A stretch of 64,000 nt of DNA from Holophagales bacterium (GTDB lineage: Bacteria > Acidobacteriota > Thermoanaerobaculia > Multivoradales > Multivoraceae). Positions 53,045 through 62,326 of this stretch are shown piece after piece (the stretch's first letter is position 1; each line of letters starts with the position of its first letter). The notes beneath the pieces are model-generated. The model saw only the letters and a program-made list of their open reading frames with translations. It ran no database searches and was not told where the DNA came from. Both the position numbers and the translations under genes were made by a program. Location of the stretch: contig VXVC01000003.1 in the NCBI GenBank assembly GCA_009836625.1, positions 17,218 to 81,217 of the forward strand, read 5' to 3'.

Positions 53045-56000
53045 TCAGCGGCCTGAGGCGGGCGCCGAGACCGGGCTGAACGGCGTCTCCGGACCGACCA
53101 CCCGCGTCAGCCACTCGGCGCGGTAGGCGTCGAGTTCCGGCGTTCGGGGATAGGCCTCGCCCGGCGCGAACGGGTAGCCGGACATCGCCTGGAAGGGCAG
53201 CGGCAGGTTGCTGTCCGCCTTCCAGGTGTTGCGGTCGGCGTCCTTGTCCCAGCCGAAGCTCTCGAGGAACACGGTGCGGACATGACCGGGCTTCGGCGCT
53301 GGCAGATCGCGGGCGTCGAACAGGACCCGGATCTCGTCGCCCGGTCCGATCACGACCTGCCGGTCGTCGACGGTGCCGAGTAGCTCGCGGACATCGCCGA
53401 AGCGGGTGTAGCGGCCGGGGAAAGGCAGCCAGGGCGACTCCGTGGTGGTGCGCTGGTAATCGAACAGGTGCGGGCCGTTGGGTGCTGGCCGTGTCGGCGC
53501 CGAGAATCCGCGGTCGGAGAGATCGGCGCTCGCCGGGTCCAGACGCGCCTGGATGACGACATCGTCGCCGTCGATGCCGCCCAGTTCGGTGCTCCAGGCG
53601 ATGCGGTCCCAATGCAGCCAGCGGGTGGTCACGATGCGGAGCTTGCGGGCGCCCGCCGGCAGCGGCGGCGTGTCGACGACCATCGCCTTCGTCTTGCCGG
53701 GCGGGAAGCCCATCGGATCGAGCAGCGTCCGCCAGCCGTCCCCGGTTTCGACTTCGAGCCGGGTCACGACCATCTCCAGGTCGCCGTGCTCCACCGCCTG
53801 GGCGATGGCGAGGTTCAGGCTCGCATCGGCGGGGAACACCCAGCCGTCAAGCCACAGCCGGACCGGTTTGCCGGGCGCTTCGCCGAGGTCGAAGGTGAAC
53901 GTCCAGGGCTCTGTGGCGTGGCCCTGGAAGCGCGAGCGTGAGTAGCCGTCGGCGTAGACCTCGTCGCGAGCGCGGACCCGTTCCGTCACGTCGCGGCCGC
54001 GGCCGTCGATGGCGTGCGCGACGGGCCGGACGACGGCACTCGAGACGATGTCGTCGGACGGCCTGCCGATGGGCCCCCGGCCCGGGACGATACGGAGGTT
54101 GCTTGCGACTTCCACGCCTTCGCGATGGTCGACCACCCAGAGCCGCACCCGGTCGATGTAGGCGGCCTCCCACAGCTCCTCGGTGATCCGCAGGTCATAG
54201 AACCCGTCGCGGGTCCGGGCTCCGTCGACTCGCACGAGCTCGTCCGGGTCGTAACTGTTCCAGACGCCGTCGGCGAGCGGCATGCCGAGCGGCGCGCCCC
54301 ACAGCAGGTCGGTGACGAAGGTGATCTTCTCGCCGTCCCAGGTGTACAGGAAGGGACAACTGCCCTTGAGTACCTGTTCCTCGACGATCGTCTGGTTGCC
54401 GCCCGGGCTGAGCCGGTTCTGCGGCACGCCGTTTGCCCACACGACGCGGATCAGGTCGGGCCGGCGGCGGTTGCCGAGTCCGATATGGGTGATCGGTCGG
54501 TCGACCTCGAAGTACTGGTACGCGCGCTCCGATTTGACCTCGATCGTCGTGCCGCGTCCGAAGACGTTGTTCTTCTGGTTCCCCAGGTCGAGGCCGACCA
54601 GCCGGACACGCAGCCAGTTGTTCTCCGAACCGTCCAGGTTCTCGATGCGGTAGAGCCCGGTGGCGCCGGCAGCTACGAGATCCTGGTCGCCGTCGCCGTC
54701 CAGGTCGTCGGCCCGCACCGCGGTGAACCCGGCGTCGCGGGGCAATCCGGTGACCTGGGCGAGGCGGAACTCGAGCGCCGGGGAGCCGGAGTTCGAGGTC
54801 TGGGTCAGGATCCGAAGCTCGCCGTCGGCCACGAAGGCGAGATCGCGGCGGCCGTCGTTGTCCGCGTCCAGCAGGGCGAGATCCGTCGCGCCGGCGGGCA
54901 GGGCGATCGATTCGGAGGTCAGCGGGAAGGGGGTCACCGCCCCGTCCGCGTCCCGGCGCAGGATGTAGGTAGACTCGCCGGCGAGCAGAAACTCCGGCAG
55001 GCCGTCAGCGTCGAGGTCGGCGGTGCGGACGACCCGCACCGGCGATCCGGTGACGAGCCCCTGGGTTGCGGGTTCCTCGCTGCGCAGCCTGCCCAGGAGC
55101 CTTCCGAGGACACTCCGGCTCGGCGCCGGCGGAATGCGTTCCGCGAACCGCCCCTGGCGCAGGTTGTCGAGCCAGAGGACTCCCTCGTCGTGAGCGAGCA
55201 GCAGGTCGGTGTCGCCGTCGCGATCGGCGTCGGTGGCCTGGAGGTGGTGGTAGCTGCGCGCCTCGGCGTCGGGCAGCGCCCTCGATCCCAGGGCCTCGAG
55301 AGGACCGTCGAAGACGCCCTCGCCCGAGACGTTGCGCAGCAGGTCGGGCGCGCCGTCCGCCGGCACCACGGCCAGGTCGAGGTCGCCGTCGCTGTCGAAG
55401 TCGATCAGGTCGGCGGCGGTCGCGTCCATCCCGTTCGCCAGGAACCGGTCGCTAGCGTCCGTGAATTCCGGCGTGTCGTCGACCTGCCAGACGGCCAGGG
55501 GGTCGCCGACCGCGATCAGGTCGAGTCTGCGGTCATTGTCGGCGTCGCCGACCAGGAGGGCGCGGGCGCCGGTTTCCGGCGCTAAAGCAGGGGCTGCGTA
55601 GCCCCCGGCGGCACGCCGTAACTCCAGTCGTGTGGCCGGGTCGCCGCCGACGGCCGCCGCGACCCGCGCGATGTCGGGCCGGTCGTCGCTGTCGAAGTCG
55701 GCGACCTCCAGGGCCCGGTTCGGAGTAGGGGCATTGTCGACTCGGGTCGCCCGGAAGCGGACTGGCAATGCGTTGCCGAAGTCTTCGATCGGCGACTCGT
55801 CCACGAAGCGCTCGACCGGAATGCCCCGGATGTTCGTGTAGACCTCGGCCAAACTGCTGTGCCAGCCCGGAGTCGCCAGCAGTACGTTTCGCAACCGGGG
55901 AGCGTAGGCGCGGGCGCGTTCCAGATCGTCCGTCTCCAGGGCGTCGAGCACCTCTTCGATGACGCGTTCGGCTGCCGGCTGCGCCTGCCAGAGGAGCTCG

Positions 56001-56581
56001 CGGATCCGCAGGTAGTCGTCGCTCGCGCGGCCCCGGTCGCCGTCTTCCAGCGCGGCGGCTCCGCTTAGAAGCAGGACGACCAGGTTGTCCGGCCTGAGCG
56101 CCCGCAGACGATCGACGGCGGCCCGGTGATCGGCCTTGGCTTCGGGACCGCTCATGATCTCGGCGTGCCGGAAGAGCGCGTACTGCACTTCGGGGTCGTC
56201 GGGCGCGGCGCGCGCCGCGCGGCGGTAGTCCGCCAGCGCTTCTTCGTTGCTGCCGGCGCCTCCCTGGAGAACGTCGGCGCGGACCAGCAGCAGATCGCCT
56301 CTGTTGCCGCCCAGTTCCACAGCCCGGTCGATGGCGGCGAGCGCCGCGTCCTTCCGGTCCTGCCGCAGCAGCGCGACGGCCAGGTTGGCGTGACCGAGGG
56401 GCTCGTCGGGCGCGAGTTCGATCAGTTCCAGGTAGGTGCTCTCGGCGTCGACTTCCCGCTCGTTCTCGAGTTGCGCGTAGCCGATACCGTGCAGCCGCAC
56501 CTGTTCCGCGGTCGGCTGCGCGGACGCCGCGGCCGGGGCGAGCGCGGCGAGGAGAACAAGGACGGGGAGGTTGCGAGGCAT
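53045..56581 (-). CDS. Large secreted TPR + FG-GAP + ASPIC/UnbV protein
   Basis: Signal peptide (AAASA-Q), TPRs, many DxDxDG loops, ASPIC HIGLG...VVWANG, then KGSCPFLYTWDG and a long C-terminal region ending LPF..M..YP. Confidence 0.88.
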   Translation of the reverse strand: MPRNLPVLVLLAALAPAAASAQPTAEQVRLHGIGYAQLENEREVDAESTYLELIELAPDEPLGHANLAVALLRQDRKDAALAAIDRAVELGGNRGDLLLVRADVLQGGAGSNEEALADYRRAARAAPDDPEVQYALFRHAEIMSGPEAKADHRAAVDRLRALRPDNLVVLLLSGAAALEDGDRGRASDDYLRIRELLWQAQPAAERVIEEVLDALETDDLERARAYAPRLRNVLLATPGWHSSLAEVYTNIRGIPVERFVDESPIEDFGNALPVRFRATRVDNAPTPNRALEVADFDSDDRPDIARVAAAVGGDPATRLELRRAAGGYAAPALAPETGARALLVGDADNDRRLDLIAVGDPLAVWQVDDTPEFTDASDRFLANGMDATAADLIDFDSDGDLDLAVVPADGAPDLLRNVSGEGVFDGPLEALGSRALPDAEARSYHHLQATDADRDGDTDLLLAHDEGVLWLDNLRQGRFAERIPPAPSRSVLGRLLGRLRSEEPATQGLVTGSPVRVVRTADLDADGLPEFLLAGESTYILRRDADGAVTPFPLTSESIALPAGATDLALLDADNDGRRDLAFVADGELRILTQTSNSGSPALEFRLAQVTGLPRDAGFTAVRADDLDGDGDQDLVAAGATGLYRIENLDGSENNWLRVRLVGLDLGNQKNNVFGRGTTIEVKSERAYQYFEVDRPITHIGLGNRRRPDLIRVVWANGVPQNRLSPGGNQTIVEEQVLKGSCPFLYTWDGEKITFVTDLLWGAPLGMPLADGVWNSYDPDELVRVDGARTRDGFYDLRITEELWEAAYIDRVRLWVVDHREGVEVASNLRIVPGRGPIGRPSDDIVSSAVVRPVAHAIDGRGRDVTERVRARDEVYADGYSRSRFQGHATEPWTFTFDLGEAPGKPVRLWLDGWVFPADASLNLAIAQAVEHGDLEMVVTRLEVETGDGWRTLLDPMGFPPGKTKAMVVDTPPLPAGARKLRIVTTRWLHWDRIAWSTELGGIDGDDVVIQARLDPASADLSDRGFSAPTRPAPNGPHLFDYQRTTTESPWLPFPGRYTRFGDVRELLGTVDDRQVVIGPGDEIRVLFDARDLPAPKPGHVRTVFLESFGWDKDADRNTWKADSNLPLPFQAMSGYPFAPGEAYPRTPELDAYRAEWLTRVVGPETPFSPVSAPASGR

Positions 56582-56639
56582 GACTTGCGGCGACCGTTGG
56601 CTGTAGGGCAACGCAATCCTACGACTCGACACTAGAGTA

Positions 56640-59327
56640 ATGGCCGCCGTGACCGCGAAACGTCTCTACCTGATCGACGGCTACTCTACGATCTTCCGCG
56701 CCTTCTACGCGATCCGCGGGCTCTCCACCTCGACGGGAGAGCCGACGAACGCGATCTATGGCTTCATCAACATTCTGCGCAAGCTGCTGCGCGAGGAGGA
56801 GCCGCCACTGCTCGGCATCGCACTCGATGTCGGGCGAGCCACGGTCCGCACCGAGGCGTACGCCGAATACAAGGCGAACCGGGCCCCGATGCCGGAGGAT
56901 CTGAAGGCGCAAATGCCCGCGATCCGCCGGGCGATCGAGGCCTTCCGCATCCCGATCCTCGAGCTCGAGCGCTACGAGGCGGACGATGTCATCGGCACGC
57001 TGGGGCGGAAGGCGCAGGACGCGGGCTATGAAGTCACGATCGTCAGCGCGGACAAGGACCTGTTCCAGCTCGTCGGCGATCGCGTCTCGCTGCTTCACAC
57101 CGGCCGCGAGAAGACCTACGACCCGGCGCTGGTCGAGCAGGACTTCGGGGTGCCGCCGGGGCAGGTGGTCGATGTACTGGCCCTGGTCGGGGACAAGGTG
57201 GACAACGTGCCCGGCGTGCCGGGGATCGGCCAGAAGGGCGCTCAGACCCTGATCAGGGAGCACGGCAACCTCCAGGCGCTGCTGGCAGCCGCGTCCGAAC
57301 TCAAGCGCAAGGCCTACCGCGAGGGGCTGCAGGAGCACGCCGATCAGGCCCTGCTGTCCAGGGAGCTGGTCACGATCCACACGGACCTGGATGTTCCGTT
57401 CGAGCCCGAGGCCCTGAAGATGGAGTCCCCGGACTACGAGGCGCTGGCCGACCTGTGCCGCGAGTTCGAGTTCTGGAGCCTGCTCAAGGAACTCGAGAGC
57501 GAGAGCGGTGGTCCGGAGATCGAGCCCGCCGTCGTCCTGGACTCCGTCGAGGCGTTCGACGCAGCGGCCCGGGAGATGGGATCCCGGATCGCCATTGGCG
57601 TCGTCTTCCGGCGCGGCGGCGAGGCGGCCGGGCTCTCCTTCGCGGCGGTGAAGGAGGGTGCCGAGGGCGACGTGGAAGTCGGTCGTGCCTGCTTCGCCGA
57701 TTTCCGGACGCCAGGCCTGCGCGAGGCGGTAGCGACGAGGCTGCGGGCGTGGCTTGCCGACCCGGGCCTGGAGCTGGTCGGCCACGACCTGAAGGAGGCT
57801 GTCCGGCTCTGCCCGCAGCGCGAGGGTCGACCGGTGGTCGTTGCTCGCCTGGTGGACACGATGCTGATGGCCTACCTCGTCCACTCCGCCGTGCGCAGTT
57901 TCGGACTGGCGACCGTCGCGCTTGACCGTCTCTTCTACCAGGCGACGACGCCGGCGGACGCGGGTCTCGGTGAACCTGGAGGGCAGGCGGAGGCGCTGGG
58001 CGACGACACCGGGCTACGGCTCTATGCTGCCGAGCAGGTGGTGCTGCCGGCGTTGATCCTCGAGGCGCTCGCGTCGCAGTGGAGCGAGTCGCCGGGGGCG
58101 CGCAAGGTCTACGACCAGATCGAGGCGCCGCTGCTGCCGGTGCTGGCGGCGATGGAGGAAGAAGGCATCGAACTCGACTCCGACGTGCTGGCCGAGATGT
58201 CGCAGGAGCTGGAGCGGAACGCCGGCGTCCTGGCGGATGAGATCTTCGAGCTCGCCGGGGAGCGCTTCAACATCCTGTCGCCGCAGCAGCTAGGCGTCGT
58301 CCTGTTCGAGCACCTGGGCCTGCCGGCGCCCGGCCGGACGCGCAAGACGAAGAAGTACAAGACCGGTGCCGACGTGTTGGAACAGCTCGCCCGGCAGGGC
58401 CACGACGCGCCGGCCAAGGTACTCCAGTACCGGGAACTGACCAAGCTGAAGTCGACCTACGTCGATGCACTGCCGCACCTGGTGGCGGAGGACGGCCGTC
58501 TCCACACCCGCTACCACCAGGCGGTGGCGGCCACCGGCCGGCTGTCCTCGCACGACCCGAACCTGCAGAACATCCCGATCCGCACCGACATCGGCCGCCA
58601 GGTGCGCCGCGCCTTCCGCGCCCGCGACGGCTACCGGCTCCTGGTCGCCGACTACAGCCAGATCGAGCTTCGCGTGCTCGCTCACATCTCGGGCGACGAG
58701 GCCCTGGTCGACATCTTCCGGCATGGCGGCGACATCCACCGCTCGACCGCGGCCACCGTGTTCGGCGTGGTGCCCGCTCTGGTCACCGACGAGCAGCGGC
58801 GCGCCTCGAAGACGATCAACTTCGGGATCATCTACGGCATGAGCGCCTTCGGCCTGGCCCGCGCGCTGGGCATCGCCCGCGGCGAGGCGCAGGCCTTCAT
58901 CGACGCCTACTTCGAGCGCTTCCCCGGTGTGCGCGCCTACACCGAGCAGACCCTGTCCAGCGCCGAGGAGACGCTCCAGGTCGAGACCCTCTACGGCCGA
59001 GTCCGCTACATCCCCGACATCAAGAGCCGCAACCGGGCGGTGCGCGAGAACGCCCGCCGGATGGCCGTCAATGCCCGCATCCAGGGTACGGCCGCGGATC
59101 TTCTGAAGCTGGCGATGATCGCCGTCGACCGCCGTCTGCGATCGGAACTCGGGGCCGCCCGGCTGCTCCTGACCGTCCACGACGAACTCGTGCTCGAAGC
59201 GCCCTCGGCGGACATGGACGCGCTCGCGTCCCTGGTCCGCGAAGAGATGGAGGGAGTCGCAGATCTCAGCGTTCCCCTTGTCGTCGACATCGGGACGGGC
59301 CCGGACTGGTACGACGCCAAGGCCTAG
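56640..59327 (+). CDS. polA: DNA polymerase I
   Basis: LIDG, YKANR, EADDVI, GDKVDNVPGVPGIG; polymerase motifs TGRLSS, DYSQIELR, KTINFGIIYG, VHDE. Start ATG 56640 or GTG 56649. Confidence 0.97.
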   Translation: MAAVTAKRLYLIDGYSTIFRAFYAIRGLSTSTGEPTNAIYGFINILRKLLREEEPPLLGIALDVGRATVRTEAYAEYKANRAPMPEDLKAQMPAIRRAIEAFRIPILELERYEADDVIGTLGRKAQDAGYEVTIVSADKDLFQLVGDRVSLLHTGREKTYDPALVEQDFGVPPGQVVDVLALVGDKVDNVPGVPGIGQKGAQTLIREHGNLQALLAAASELKRKAYREGLQEHADQALLSRELVTIHTDLDVPFEPEALKMESPDYEALADLCREFEFWSLLKELESESGGPEIEPAVVLDSVEAFDAAAREMGSRIAIGVVFRRGGEAAGLSFAAVKEGAEGDVEVGRACFADFRTPGLREAVATRLRAWLADPGLELVGHDLKEAVRLCPQREGRPVVVARLVDTMLMAYLVHSAVRSFGLATVALDRLFYQATTPADAGLGEPGGQAEALGDDTGLRLYAAEQVVLPALILEALASQWSESPGARKVYDQIEAPLLPVLAAMEEEGIELDSDVLAEMSQELERNAGVLADEIFELAGERFNILSPQQLGVVLFEHLGLPAPGRTRKTKKYKTGADVLEQLARQGHDAPAKVLQYRELTKLKSTYVDALPHLVAEDGRLHTRYHQAVAATGRLSSHDPNLQNIPIRTDIGRQVRRAFRARDGYRLLVADYSQIELRVLAHISGDEALVDIFRHGGDIHRSTAATVFGVVPALVTDEQRRASKTINFGIIYGMSAFGLARALGIARGEAQAFIDAYFERFPGVRAYTEQTLSSAEETLQVETLYGRVRYIPDIKSRNRAVRENARRMAVNARIQGTAADLLKLAMIAVDRRLRSELGAARLLLTVHDELVLEAPSADMDALASLVREEMEGVADLSVPLVVDIGTGPDWYDAKA

Positions 59328-60349
59328 GTCCGCAGCGCCGGAATCACCTGCTCGCCGTACGCCGCCAGCGTCCCCTCCTTGTCGTCGTGCATCAGGTAGA
59401 CGGCGAAGTGGTCGACGCCCAGGGACTTCAGTTCCCGGAGCTTCTCGATGTGGTCTTCCGCCGTACCGAGCACGCACAGCCGGTCGACGATGCCGTCCGG
59501 CACGAACTCGGTGTCCGGGTTGCCGCTACGGCCGTGGTGGGTGTAGTCGTATCCCTGCCGCTGGCGAATGTACTCGGCGAGCGCGTGAGGCACCTTCGAG
59601 TCGTCCTCGCCGTAGCGCATGACGAGGTCGTGGATATGGTTGCCGACCATGCCGCCGAACCAGCGCAACTGGTCCCGCTGGTGCGCCAGGTCGTCGCCGA
59701 CGTAGGCCGGCGCCACGACGCAGACGGTGATCGCATTCGAGTCGCGTCCCTCGTCCTCGGCCGCGTCGCGCACCGCCTGGAGCGTCCACTCGAGGATCTT
59801 CGGGTCCGCCAGTTGCAGCACGAAGCCGTCGGCGTGACGGCCGACCGTGTCCAGCGCCTTCGGGCCGTAGGCGGCGAACCACACCGGCAACTCGGCGCCG
59901 CTCTCCTCGCGCCAGGGGATCCGCACCGTCGCGCCGCCCAGGTCCGCATCGCGGCCCGCGAACAGCGCCCGGATGACGTTCATCGCGTTCACCGACGCCG
60001 CGAGTGATTCGGGCCGCCGGCCGATGTAGCGCAGCGCCGAGTCTCCCCGCCCCATCGCGCAGAGGGTGCGTCCCGGGTACATGGAGTCCAGGGTCGCGAA
60101 CAGCGAACCCAGCACCGTGATGTCCCGTGTGCCCGGGTTCGTCACCATCGGTCCGACGCCCATCCGCTCCGTCCTCGCCAGGATCTGCGAGAAGATGACG
60201 AACGGCTCCGGCCACAGGACGTGGGAATCGAAGAGCCAGCACTGGTCGAATCCACGGCCCTCGGCCATGACCGCGAGTTCGACCACGCGGGAGATCGGCG
60301 GGTCCGGCTGGAGGACCACGCCAAAGGACATCTGGTCAGTACTGGTCAT
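59324..60349 (-). CDS. LLM-class flavin/F420-dependent oxidoreductase (TIGR03842-like)
   Basis: FGVVLQPDPP, FDSHVLW.EPF, GPMVTNP.TR, GRGDSA, AAYGPKAL, LQLADP, WFGGMVGNH; AGGAG RBS and TGCTAACCT upstream. Confidence 0.85.
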   Translation of the reverse strand: MTSTDQMSFGVVLQPDPPISRVVELAVMAEGRGFDQCWLFDSHVLWPEPFVIFSQILARTERMGVGPMVTNPGTRDITVLGSLFATLDSMYPGRTLCAMGRGDSALRYIGRRPESLAASVNAMNVIRALFAGRDADLGGATVRIPWREESGAELPVWFAAYGPKALDTVGRHADGFVLQLADPKILEWTLQAVRDAAEDEGRDSNAITVCVVAPAYVGDDLAHQRDQLRWFGGMVGNHIHDLVMRYGEDDSKVPHALAEYIRQRQGYDYTHHGRSGNPDTEFVPDGIVDRLCVLGTAEDHIEKLRELKSLGVDHFAVYLMHDDKEGTLAAYGEQVIPALRT

Positions 60350-60400
60350 GGCCTTGCTCCTTTCCCGGGGCAGGCCGGGCAGGTTAGCAGCGAGTGTGGC

Positions 60401-62326
60401 CTACTCCCTCGACCGCAGGATCCGCCGCCGGTCCCCTTCCCGCAGCGTCAGCCGCTGTCGGTCCATGTGCTCGAGCAGCGGAATCGCCCACTTGCGGGTC
60501 AGCCCGAAGCGGTCCTTGAAGTCGGCGACAGTGAAGGTGTCCCAGCCGGTGGCGAGAACGTCGGCCTGGAAGCGTTCCAGGGCGGACGCGGCGAGGAGCA
60601 GTCCGTTCGGAAGCCGAACGAGCTTGCCGCGGTCGACGAGATAGCGGAGCACGCCGTCGAACACCTGGGCCTTGGCCCCCAGGCTGCGACAGAGCTCCTC
60701 GGGAGAGCCCGGGGTCAGGCCCTGCCGCTCGAAGCCCTCCACGAGGTCTCGGGCGAGCTTCGACTCGGCGCCGGTCAGTTCGCCGGTGCGGCCCGGGAGG
60801 GTCACGAGTTCACCCTCGACGACGATGCCCAGGTCCTTGCCGCCGCGGCTCGACCACTCCAGGTAGGCGGAGGCGAGGTCGGCGGCGCGCACGCCCAGTA
60901 GCCGGCGAACCAGTTCGGCCTTCGGCATGCCTCGTGACAGGCGATCGGCGGCGAAGTGCGCTTCGACCAGATGGCGAGCGCGCCGGGTCACGCGGCGGAC
61001 GACGGCGGCGGTGACGAAGCGACCTGAGCCTGCCCGCAGCAACAGTCCATCCCGCGCGGCGCCGTTCAGCTCGTCCTCGGCATCGGCGGGGACGACGCCC
61101 AGGCGCAGGGCAAGTTCGGCCACAGCCAGGCCGGCCTCACGGCCGTCGGCGGTCCACTGCACGGTGGCGGCCTGCCGGTCGCTGGAGTTGAGCGCCTCGA
61201 TCGTCGGTCCGAGAGATCTGCCGCGAGGACGCCTCCAGGCCGGGTCGAGGACCTCGCCGCCACCGAGCGTCGTCTGGGGCGAGGGTCTCCGGATGACGAA
61301 GCGGTCGCTGCGGACCGCCACCAGCGGCTCGTCGAGCCGGACTTCGGCCACCGCCTCCTGACCGGGCGCCAGGCGCTCGGCCTCGAGTGGCCGCAGCTTG
61401 CCCATCCGCTGCGCGGCGTTGACGTGAAGCCGCACCGGGCTGCTGCCCTCGAGCGGCTCGGGCGCCGTGGAAAGCAGACGGCAGCGCACGAGCAGGGAAG
61501 TCGTGGCGCGGTAGACACCGGGGGCGGTCAGTTCGTGGCCGCGGGCGACCTGTTCGAGGTCGACGCCGACGAGCTGGAGCGACGTGCGCTCACCGGCCTC
61601 CGCCTGTTGGCGGCGGTCGCCGTGAACCTCGATGCTGCGCACCCGGGCACGGCCGACGTCGGGCAGGATGTCCAGCTCGTCGCCGACGCTCACGATGCCA
61701 CGGGCGAGGGTGCCCGTAACCAGCACACCGAGTCCGCGCAGGTGGAACGCACGGTCGATCGGCAGGCGGGCAGGCAGGGAGCGATCGCGGTCGATCGGGG
61801 TCGCCGACCTGGCAAGCTCCACCAGGGCCGCGCGGAGTCGTTCCAGGCCCTCGCCGGTCTCGGCGGACACCGGCAGGATCGGCGCGCCGGCGAACGGGGT
61901 TTCGGCAAGCGCCTCCTCGAGCTCCAGTTCGGCAAGCTCCACCAGGTCGGAAGACACGAGGTCCGTCTTCGAGAGCACCGCCAGGCCGGCCGGGATCCGG
62001 AGCAGCGAGCAGATCGCGAGGTGCTCCAGGGTCTGCGGCATAACGCCCTCGTCGGCGGCCACGACCAGGACCATCATCTGGATGCCGCCAAGCCCGGCGA
62101 GCGCGTTGTGGACGAACCGCTCGTGGCCGGGCACGTCGACGAAGCCGATCTGCCAGCCGTCCTCGACCATCGACGCGAAGCCGAGGTCGATCGTGATGCC
62201 GCGCTGCTTCTCCTCTTCCCAGCGGTCGCAGTCGATCCCGGTCAGGGCCTGGACCAGCCGCGTCTTGCCGTGGTCGACGTGGCCGGCGGTGCCGACGACG
62301 AACCGGTTGGCGGCTACCTCGCTCAC
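60401..62326 (-). CDS. selB: Selenocysteine-specific elongation factor
   Basis: GTAGHVDHGKT, EEKQRGITIDLGF, DVPGHERF, C-terminal winged helix GLTRKWAIPLLE; GTG 62326 overlaps the ntrX stop. Confidence 0.95.
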   Translation of the reverse strand: MSEVAANRFVVGTAGHVDHGKTRLVQALTGIDCDRWEEEKQRGITIDLGFASMVEDGWQIGFVDVPGHERFVHNALAGLGGIQMMVLVVAADEGVMPQTLEHLAICSLLRIPAGLAVLSKTDLVSSDLVELAELELEEALAETPFAGAPILPVSAETGEGLERLRAALVELARSATPIDRDRSLPARLPIDRAFHLRGLGVLVTGTLARGIVSVGDELDILPDVGRARVRSIEVHGDRRQQAEAGERTSLQLVGVDLEQVARGHELTAPGVYRATTSLLVRCRLLSTAPEPLEGSSPVRLHVNAAQRMGKLRPLEAERLAPGQEAVAEVRLDEPLVAVRSDRFVIRRPSPQTTLGGGEVLDPAWRRPRGRSLGPTIEALNSSDRQAATVQWTADGREAGLAVAELALRLGVVPADAEDELNGAARDGLLLRAGSGRFVTAAVVRRVTRRARHLVEAHFAADRLSRGMPKAELVRRLLGVRAADLASAYLEWSSRGGKDLGIVVEGELVTLPGRTGELTGAESKLARDLVEGFERQGLTPGSPEELCRSLGAKAQVFDGVLRYLVDRGKLVRLPNGLLLAASALERFQADVLATGWDTFTVADFKDRFGLTRKWAIPLLEHMDRQRLTLREGDRRRILRSRE

